A stretch of DNA of 20,000 nucleotides from IMG/VR virus record IMGVR_UViG_3300007770_000008; one strand, written 5' to 3'. The notes below the pieces were generated by a model. The model saw only the letters and a list, made by a program, of their open reading frames with translations. It searched no databases and was not told the DNA's origin. The stretch comes from an uncultured virus (IMG/VR IMGVR_UViG_3300007770_000008). Lineage: Duplodnaviria > Heunggongvirae > Uroviricota > Caudoviricetes. Both the position numbers and the translations under genes were made by a program. This document shows positions 13,406 through 20,000 of the stretch, piece by piece (position 1 is the stretch's first letter; the number at the start of each line of letters is the position of its first letter).

Positions 13406-16081
13406 TCATCCCTCCCGGATTTTTAGTCGTGCCGTATTGGCTCTCCAGTTTTTCATCACTTTCTGCAACCAGTCAGCGTTAATCAACCAGCCAGGCTTGT
13501 CATGCAAGTCCAACTCGCCAATCAACACACCAGCCTCCATCAGGTGCTGGCTGACTACAAACGGCTCAAGGGGCGTCGTATGTTTCTTCTCTAGAGCTGC
13601 GACAACCAACCCTTTAGGGATGAAGAGGCCGCCGTGCTCCATTACGCTCCAAATTGCGTTTGGCTCGTCACTGTAATCTTCCGGGACAGTCGTGACAAGC
13701 CCTTCGTTGTAAAGTTGGCAGATCAGCTCGGCGAAGATGTGGGCGTTACCGTAATCGTTACTAGGCCAAATATGCTCAGCGGCTTGTTTTATGGTTGTAG
13801 TGTCAAACCCTTGTGCAGCCAACCAGGCAGCAGTGTCGTCGAGAACGTTGAGCACCAGCTCCCGCTTCTGGGTCAGCGTGTCTGGTATATCCTCTACGGC
13901 GTGTTTCAGATATGCCGGAAGGATCTTTTTGCTGATGTGTGTTAGTAGAAATTCAGGAGACTCCGGGCCGTGTACGACGTTCCATCCTCCGTTGAGAGCT
14001 AGCACCATGGCTTGGTACAAGCTTACACGAGCCAGACAATTTCGCTCCTCACCTCGTCCTGGGGCTAGATATAGGTTGACGCGGTCTACACGGGCGTCGC
14101 CGCTTAGATTCATAGTCAACGGCCACCGGTGCGACTGCTCTAACTCGAGCATGTCGTCAGGCTTATACGGGTATTGTCGGTACAGGCAGTCGCAAGCGTT
14201 ACTGGCCAGTCGGGCTGAGGCTGCGGTGGAGCTGCCAACTACGGCTATACCACGACTGGGTCGGTTGATCATAGGGGCCACGATATTGGCCACGATAGAT
14301 CCCCAGACAGCCCAGGCTAGTGTGTGTTCTTCCGTGTTGCCCAGAGCATACTCAATATCTTCTGGCAACAGCAGGTCCGGTCTGGGAATGTCTCGTGCGG
14401 GCGTGTCTCCTGACGCAGCGAGATTCGTAAAGTCCTCTACGGTACCGTCTCGCCGGATAACGTAGTTTGGTAGGACAAAAGACGCTGTTTCGTTGTCCCA
14501 GCCAACAGACTCGATACCGGTAACGAACTCTGGCTCATTGAACTGGCAGGCCAACGAGATGGCTTTACGGCTCCACGTCGGATTGTAGATCATGAGCCCT
14601 TTTTGCTGCCGAACAAGAAAGTCCTTCATCCAGTCAAAGGGGTCTCGCTCCAGTTGGCTATCCCGAACGCAAAACGGGACAGCCTCGTCCTTATATACAA
14701 CCCGGCCTTGGTAATAGGTTTTCTCGGCTTGTGGGTGGCAGATTGTTTTGTCGATTCGCAGAATGGCGTCGGAGACCAGCTCCTCTTCGTTCTTTTTGGG
14801 TTCTAGCAGATGCCAACCAGACTTACGCTCTTCTACGTGTTTGCGGTCGATAGTCACTGTGCGACAGCTTTGGCCGGGCAACATTAACGACAGGACACGG
14901 TCATGAACCTCGCGGTTACATTGTCCAAGTAGGTTTTTCAGCCGGTCTAGGTTGATGCGTAGTCGGAAGAACAGCTCCTCCACCTCGCTGTCGTCCATAC
15001 TAGGCACCCGCTCGTTCAGCACCGCGATCCAGTGCTTAGCCGATCTATCGATTCGTCGTAGAAACTCTTCCGACTCGTACCGGTATAGAAACTCTCGCAT
15101 CCGCTCTGTCGTTCGCTCAATCGGACCAGCCAGGCTGATACGCCCGTTGGTCTCTATGGCTTGGTGAAGCACATCCGGCGTCAACTTGTATGTCCAGAAG
15201 ACCTTGTCGCAGGCCTCGAACATATTCCACGGGTATGTGCAGAGGTGTTTCTCGTCAGCGTGCCAAAGCAACAACGGTAGCGGCTGTGCTTTGAGTCGAA
15301 AATGCCGTAAATGGAGTCGCAGGTAAAGCTCTACGCTATCGACCGCAAACACCGTGCCTCGCCGCATATTCCAGGTGCCAGGGTAGCAGGAGATACCTGG
15401 CTCCATATACGTAGCCGACCGTCGCATCAGCCAGTTGTAGGTACTGTTCAGGATGTGATCACCCTTGGCTTCGTTTGCGTTACGGCCCACGATGTAGTAG
15501 GATTTGATACGACCCGGCACGTCGTACATAGGCAAGATGATCACGTCTCCCCAACCTTTGCCGGTGAAGATTCGGTTTCGACCCCCGCCAACCCCGGAGT
15601 TGGTGATGGTGCCCTCGTGAAAACAAGCCTCCACTTCCTTGTAGTCGATCCCGCCCATAATCTGGTTAGGCCCGCGTTGCATCCAGTCCTGAGTCATGCT
15701 GGTAAACAGTTCCATCTTGTTGGCTAACTGTTGTAGCTTCCGATTGAACTGCAGTCCGGCACCTCGTGCCTCGTTCCAGGTATTGTGTAACCGTTCGTTC
15801 CGGGAATAGTAGATGGCCTGGCTTTCGAGCATCTCTGGCGTCGGCTCGCCGCCCGGGATATCAAAGCCCTTACGCACCAACTTAACCAAGGCGGCCTCCC
15901 AGGTGATTCCCCAGGCTCCAGCCGCCAACTGGATCATGTCGCCACAAGAGCCACAATCGGCACACGAGTGCCATTGACCGCCGACCGCCTTATCCTGGAA
16001 AATACGTAGACGACGTCCTTTACAAATCGGACACCGCACAGTTATCGGCAGAGCCTGTGATTTCGGTCTGATCCGAAACAT
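13406..16081 (-). CDS. Large protein with an N-terminal primase-type Zn finger; probable degenerate primase/replication protein
   Basis: CPICKG...WHSCADCGSCGDMIQL, then ILPMYDVPGRIKSY as in the DnaG core. No intact TOPRIM or Walker A seen. Start taken as ATG 16081 to avoid overlap with the divergent gene. Confidence 0.6.
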   Translation of the reverse strand: MFRIRPKSQALPITVRCPICKGRRLRIFQDKAVGGQWHSCADCGSCGDMIQLAAGAWGITWEAALVKLVRKGFDIPGGEPTPEMLESQAIYYSRNERLHNTWNEARGAGLQFNRKLQQLANKMELFTSMTQDWMQRGPNQIMGGIDYKEVEACFHEGTITNSGVGGGRNRIFTGKGWGDVIILPMYDVPGRIKSYYIVGRNANEAKGDHILNSTYNWLMRRSATYMEPGISCYPGTWNMRRGTVFAVDSVELYLRLHLRHFRLKAQPLPLLLWHADEKHLCTYPWNMFEACDKVFWTYKLTPDVLHQAIETNGRISLAGPIERTTERMREFLYRYESEEFLRRIDRSAKHWIAVLNERVPSMDDSEVEELFFRLRINLDRLKNLLGQCNREVHDRVLSLMLPGQSCRTVTIDRKHVEERKSGWHLLEPKKNEEELVSDAILRIDKTICHPQAEKTYYQGRVVYKDEAVPFCVRDSQLERDPFDWMKDFLVRQQKGLMIYNPTWSRKAISLACQFNEPEFVTGIESVGWDNETASFVLPNYVIRRDGTVEDFTNLAASGDTPARDIPRPDLLLPEDIEYALGNTEEHTLAWAVWGSIVANIVAPMINRPSRGIAVVGSSTAASARLASNACDCLYRQYPYKPDDMLELEQSHRWPLTMNLSGDARVDRVNLYLAPGRGEERNCLARVSLYQAMVLALNGGWNVVHGPESPEFLLTHISKKILPAYLKHAVEDIPDTLTQKRELVLNVLDDTAAWLAAQGFDTTTIKQAAEHIWPSNDYGNAHIFAELICQLYNEGLVTTVPEDYSDEPNAIWSVMEHGGLFIPKGLVVAALEKKHTTPLEPFVVSQHLMEAGVLIGELDLHDKPGWLINADWLQKVMKNWRANTARLKIREG

Positions 16082-16136
16082 GTTCAGGGTTCTCAACCAA
16101 GGCACAAAACAGCCTAAACTCTTACGAGGGTTAGAC

Positions 16137-17315
16137 ATGGATATTCTCGACCAATCTGGTGACACCAATTTCCGCGAGTTGCATCGCTACGTTCGCCTCT
16201 ACCCGTTTCCGGATTTTGCCAAGAAAGCCGACCTGCAGGATGTGACAGGCCCAGAGGAGAAAACGGCTCGGCATTTCGCCGATGTACGCACTTCCCAGTT
16301 CCCGATCCACAACCGTCCGGCCACATTCGTATCGTATGTGTACTTTCTTGAAAAGCAGTCGGAAATCAACCCCAAGGCTCGTGGCTACATCAACCAGCGT
16401 CTTGACGAGGCGGCTGAATACTGGGGCATTAAGAATGCTGTAACCGCTTTGCGGTCCAAACACGCGTCTTTGCACCAGGATCTCGAAAGTCAGTTGCCCG
16501 ACAGCTCTTACGCCATTGTATGGGCAAGCGACGACGGTAGGAAAGAGCGTCGCTATCCTTTGCGAAACGCACTGGAAGTAAAAGCGGCAGCCAGCTGGTA
16601 TGAGACGAACCTGCCTGAGATCCGGAAGCAATTCACCTTTACAGATCGCCAAACGATCGCCGCCAAGATCTTACAGAAGGCGGCTGAGTATGGTGCAGCT
16701 ATTGCGGATCATCAAGAAGCTTTGGATCAGTCCGCTGGTCGCGGCTTCTGTGACCCGAAACAAGCAAGTTGCATGATCAAGAATCGGATCAAAGTTGCTC
16801 GCCGCGTAAAGCCAGAAGTCGCGGACCAAATGTCCAAGCTGGCTGCCGCTGTTGAATCAATGCCCAAGCTCTTCCTAGAGCCGGGCCGCATGTCGCAGTT
16901 GGCCGAGACGGTGGACCAGTTTGATCGGTGTCACGGCTTAACGACCAAGTACTCCGAGCACATCCCTAACCCGGAAAGCGTGCTGTTTGCCGCTACCTAT
17001 TCCAAGGCAGCCGCGTTTAGCAAAGAAGCTTGTGAAACCCTGACAGGTGCTGTGTACACCCAGAACGACTTCTCCAAGCTGGCCCTTAGCGATGTGCGAG
17101 GCATGTTTGGAGACGAGATCGCCGATGCGGTCTGTACTGGTTTGAAAGTCGACCCCGAAAAGATGGCTGAGGTCGCAGCGACGTTTCCTCGGCCAGAGGC
17201 CCGGATGTTGGACGACCTGATGACAGACAACGGGGTTGATCCGCTAGCCAAGCAGGCAGCAGCGTTTCCTGGCCTCAACTTTGGGCAGCTGCAGCAGATC
17301 GCTGATTCAGTGTAA
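16137..17315 (+). CDS. Hypothetical protein, possibly a virion/head component; the only convincing plus-strand gene
   Basis: GAGGG SD and ATG 16137. Two similar internal modules (FPIHN...AAEYWG and YPLRN...AAEYG) and repeated K-x-A motifs. Confidence 0.7.
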   Translation: MDILDQSGDTNFRELHRYVRLYPFPDFAKKADLQDVTGPEEKTARHFADVRTSQFPIHNRPATFVSYVYFLEKQSEINPKARGYINQRLDEAAEYWGIKNAVTALRSKHASLHQDLESQLPDSSYAIVWASDDGRKERRYPLRNALEVKAAASWYETNLPEIRKQFTFTDRQTIAAKILQKAAEYGAAIADHQEALDQSAGRGFCDPKQASCMIKNRIKVARRVKPEVADQMSKLAAAVESMPKLFLEPGRMSQLAETVDQFDRCHGLTTKYSEHIPNPESVLFAATYSKAAAFSKEACETLTGAVYTQNDFSKLALSDVRGMFGDEIADAVCTGLKVDPEKMAEVAATFPRPEARMLDDLMTDNGVDPLAKQAAAFPGLNFGQLQQIADSV

Positions 17316-17667
17316 TTGAGGCAGGGTACTCGAGGTCGTGGTTGTCGGCTACGTCTCTGAAATGCCTTGCCCAACCGCGAGGGTGCTTGACATCGTGTAC
17401 GTATCGTAGGTCGTCGGCCAACTCGACGTCATGACCCCGTTCCTCTAACAACGAAACAATCGACGGAATTTCAAAGAGGTTTTCGTAGTCTCTATCAGCC
17501 AGTTGCTTCTCCAACTGCTCACATTGAGTCTTGGTTAGCAGCCAGCCAGCAGCACAGCGATTACCGTCGGAATCGATCAGCACGAAGCCGTCCTTGTTAC
17601 GGCTCTTACAACCTTGCTCCATTAGAGCATCGACGGCCTTGTTGAAGGTCTTTTGCTTATCGCTCAT
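17275..17667 (-). CDS. Hypothetical phage protein
   Basis: ORF track. GNRCAAGWLL...LRYVHD...W motif, AGGTG SD. Confidence 0.75.
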   Translation of the reverse strand: MSDKQKTFNKAVDALMEQGCKSRNKDGFVLIDSDGNRCAAGWLLTKTQCEQLEKQLADRDYENLFEIPSIVSLLEERGHDVELADDLRYVHDVKHPRGWARHFRDVADNHDLEYPASITLNQRSAAAAQS

Positions 17668-17700
17668 TTAACTCACCTGTTGGTTACGGCAGGCGTCATA

Positions 17701-17734
17701 GACCCTACCAGGACTCGCTACCCTTGGTAGGGTC
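17701..17734. other. Intergenic inverted repeat
   Basis: GACCCTACCA...TGGTAGGGTC perfect 10-bp stem with no U-tract. Confidence 0.5.
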
Positions 17735-17737
17735 GCT

Positions 17738-17962
17738 TTACGTATCGGCTATCCGGGAAAACAGCTCTCCGAGAACAGCCTTGTCGTCGGAGCTTAACGC
17801 CAGAAGGCTTACTAGTGCATCTGCCAACGTCCCCGTCTGTACAACAGCCAGCACGTCGTCAGGCTCACCGGCACTCTGGCGTACGACTTCCCAGTTGTCG
17901 CTGGCATCGCCAAGCAAAACCTGGCTACGCCGGGTGACTATCCGCGTACCGCAAGTGGTCAT
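17738..17962 (-). CDS. Hypothetical protein
   Basis: ORF track. ATG 17962 with AAGGAG SD. Confidence 0.55.
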   Translation of the reverse strand: MTTCGTRIVTRRSQVLLGDASDNWEVVRQSAGEPDDVLAVVQTGTLADALVSLLALSSDDKAVLGELFSRIADT

Positions 17963-17972
17963 TTGGCTCCTT

Positions 17973-18161
17973 CTATCGGACACAGTCAGCTCCTTGATCC
18001 TGCAGCCACCGAACTATCTCGTAATGGAAGAGCCGGTGCATTTCTTCGATGCGGGTCTCGTCGTTGAACGTGAAGTTGGGGTGGTCCTTTCGAAGGGACA
18101 CCAACTTGAGCCTGTCGACTAACGCCAGAGCGTCCTTCTCCTCAATAAGAATCACCCTCAT
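17973..18161 (-). CDS. Hypothetical protein
   Basis: ORF track. AGGAG SD, ends in TAG. Confidence 0.65.
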   Translation of the reverse strand: MRVILIEEKDALALVDRLKLVSLRKDHPNFTFNDETRIEEMHRLFHYEIVRWLQDQGADCVR

Positions 18162-18170
18162 TGGTGTCTC

Positions 18171-18863
18171 CTAGGTCAGCTGTACAAGCTGCTTGGGTTG
18201 TTTGGCTTTGTTGAAACAGATACCGCACTGAGCACAGGTCATCTGGATTTTACGTTCGACGCCCTGTTCGTGTGGGCATACCAGTGAGTGGTACGGCTCC
18301 ATGAATTTGACTATCGTCTTGTAAGGGTGCCTGCTGGCTTTCTCCCGGAACACAAGGTCCGTGGGAGCTACAGGCTGGTCTTCGTCATTTAGAGACAGGT
18401 AGCAGGTGCGTATGCCTTCGTATTCCGGAGGCACCGGCATGCTGCTGTCCCATGAAAACCACATCTCAAAGTTGGGGTAGTTTGACAGCTCCACCAACCG
18501 TGGAAGTAGCTGAGGTTGCGTCCATGATCGGGTATATGCGTAGAACGTGGTGTTCCCGCAGACTGATACGATCTCGTCCCATTTTCGAATATAGGATACC
18601 GTATCAAAGTCTCCCGCAGCGTGAATTCGCAACGTCTGCACGTTCTTCTTTTCAATGAAGTCAACCATGTCTGTTGCCCAGTGAGGGGCCAGACGATACT
18701 CGTTGTTACGAGCATGTGCTTCCATAACGTTGCCGGATTTGTACCGGCGTCGTGCAGCGTAGCAGATAGATTCGCAAACGGCGGATTTCCCTGGGCAAGT
18801 AATCTTTGCAGGGATGTTCCACGACCAAATGTTTCCGAGTTTTGTGTTGCTACGCGATAGCAT
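18171..18863 (-). CDS. Gene product 88 (GP88)-family, radical-SAM-like Cys-rich phage protein
   Basis: NTKLG...IPAKITCPG...C...CYA, RIHAAGDF, FYAYTRSW, C-terminal CP...CAQCGIC. Confidence 0.75.
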   Translation of the reverse strand: MLSRSNTKLGNIWSWNIPAKITCPGKSAVCESICYAARRRYKSGNVMEAHARNNEYRLAPHWATDMVDFIEKKNVQTLRIHAAGDFDTVSYIRKWDEIVSVCGNTTFYAYTRSWTQPQLLPRLVELSNYPNFEMWFSWDSSMPVPPEYEGIRTCYLSLNDEDQPVAPTDLVFREKASRHPYKTIVKFMEPYHSLVCPHEQGVERKIQMTCAQCGICFNKAKQPKQLVQLT

Positions 18864-18877
18864 ATAGAGTCAGGGCG

Positions 18878-19405
18878 TTAAGCCTCCTTGAAACGCTCAC
18901 TCCTTTCTTTCAACCAAGTGAAAGCGTCCATATGTTCAATGGCGGACGCCGTGATGAAGAAGGCTCCGCCGTAGGGTTCTCTGTCATCCTTTATGCAATA
19001 CGTCAGCCCGAAGCACTCGTCCGGACGGAATTCGTGCAGGAACTTCCTGACGAAATATGCGGCCTGAGCCGGATCATCGTTCCCTTCACAGCTTCGCAGC
19101 TGCAACTCCCCGCTGGGCAACCATGCATGGTCAAAGCCGACTGATCGATCCTCGTGGTCGTCAAGTCTTGTCCAGTTGCGGAACCGGTCAAGTTGCTTGT
19201 CGCTTTCAGCTAGGAAGCGAGGCAGTTCCGCTAGCTTGTTGCCGGGTACCGGCATGTCCAACGTGTCTTCGTCCTCCGCGACGGCCCCTGTCAGTGTCAG
19301 ATGAACCGGCTCAAGCTGTTCTACGAGCCAGTGGGCTTCTTGCGGCGAGATCTTATCCAAGGTCTCGACGAAACTACAGTAATGGTCCATGGCATCCTCT
19401 ACCAA
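18878..19405 (-). CDS. Hypothetical phage protein
   Basis: ORF track, 175 aa. Start uncertain (TTG 19405 or ATG 19390). Confidence 0.7.
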   Translation of the reverse strand: MVEDAMDHYCSFVETLDKISPQEAHWLVEQLEPVHLTLTGAVAEDEDTLDMPVPGNKLAELPRFLAESDKQLDRFRNWTRLDDHEDRSVGFDHAWLPSGELQLRSCEGNDDPAQAAYFVRKFLHEFRPDECFGLTYCIKDDREPYGGAFFITASAIEHMDAFTWLKERSERFKEA

Positions 19406-19441
19406 TCGAACTTTGGAAAATTGTCGTACAAGGTCTCGGAA

Positions 19442-19831
19442 TTAAAGGTACTTTTGTACGACATCGGCCATAGCGTCGTACCGCTTATACCCGGATTGCG
19501 AGCAATGCCGCTCGGTTGCTTCTCGAATCATCTCTGCAGCGGAGATCTTACGGCTACAACGTATTAGCCGAGTAGCTATGCTGGCAACAGGCTTACACGA
19601 TCGGCTAACCGCACGATGCAATCCATGCAAAAACATACTGGAGAACGCGGCCAGTTCGGGGAGTTCACCGGCCCCACAAAAACTAGCCAAGGCCTCCACC
19701 AGGATCTCTAAACCACCCGGCGTGACCTTCGGAATTTCCAACAGTTTCAGGAACAAGTGAGGGACGTTGGTTGTGCCATCCCGGCCTTGCCGACTGGAGT
19801 AGTGTATGGTTACGCCGTTGTCCTGCAACAC
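19442..19831 (-). CDS. Hypothetical protein (start uncertain)
   Basis: ORF track. No clear SD, and it may be the frameshifted continuation of the ORF starting at 19970. Confidence 0.5.
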   Translation of the reverse strand: MLQDNGVTIHYSSRQGRDGTTNVPHLFLKLLEIPKVTPGGLEILVEALASFCGAGELPELAAFSSMFLHGLHRAVSRSCKPVASIATRLIRCSRKISAAEMIREATERHCSQSGYKRYDAMADVVQKYL

Positions 19832-20000
19832 ATTGGCTACGAGGACGTGGTTTGCCTTTCGTGTTTTTTCCTGACGGAAACTTCCTCTTCAACGCTAGGA
19901 CCTCGCACTGCCCATCTTGCACCAGGTACATGCCACTGTTTTCTGTTGGAACAACAACAGGGCACTTCATAAAAGCGTCCTGCCAGTTAGCGGAAAGCCT

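Noticed and set aside
6830..15727. Long plus-strand ORFs such as 6830..7633, 13791..14465 and 15311..15727
   Set aside because: They are antisense shadows of well-supported minus-strand genes.
17973..18863. Amber readthrough fusing GP88 to the next 62-aa ORF (TAG GAG ACA CCA ATG is in frame)
   Set aside because: The in-frame arrangement has a one-in-three chance, and the downstream gene has its own AGGAG SD. There is no other support.
1..20000. Genome-wide TAG reassignment (genetic code 15)
   Set aside because: Long ORFs here contain no internal TAG, and TAG terminates genes at 2383, 17973 and 18171 right before the next start. Other parts of the genome cannot be judged from this window.

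Overview
A gene-dense window, almost entirely on the minus strand, that looks like part of a large bacteriophage genome (inference from gene content). It carries a translation and RNA-repair accessory region: an Rnl2-type RNA ligase, a RelA/SpoT-type HD hydrolase, a TrpF-like barrel, two AAA+ ATPases (one BCS1-like), a GGQ release-factor-like protein, a PTH2-like peptidyl-tRNA hydrolase, a vWA protein and about 17 tRNA or tRNA-like RNAs. Two signals stand out. (1) At 3.8-5.6 kb, nine copies of a Y-RNA-like (Ro60/Rsr-binding-type) helix module occur in two circularly permuted forms. Five are 54-56 nt inserts in the anticodon arm of otherwise complete tRNAs. Four are free 62-76 nt RNAs, at least three of which display a 7-nt anticodon-loop mimic, and the clearly readable anticodons all differ. 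(2) There is a possible UAG-sensing circuit: an amber suppressor tRNA(CUA), a release-factor homolog split by a prfB-like CTT-TAG-C +1 frameshift site, and a PTH2-like gene with TAG at codon 5, while TAG ends other genes normally. All structures were folded by eye and no database searches were run.
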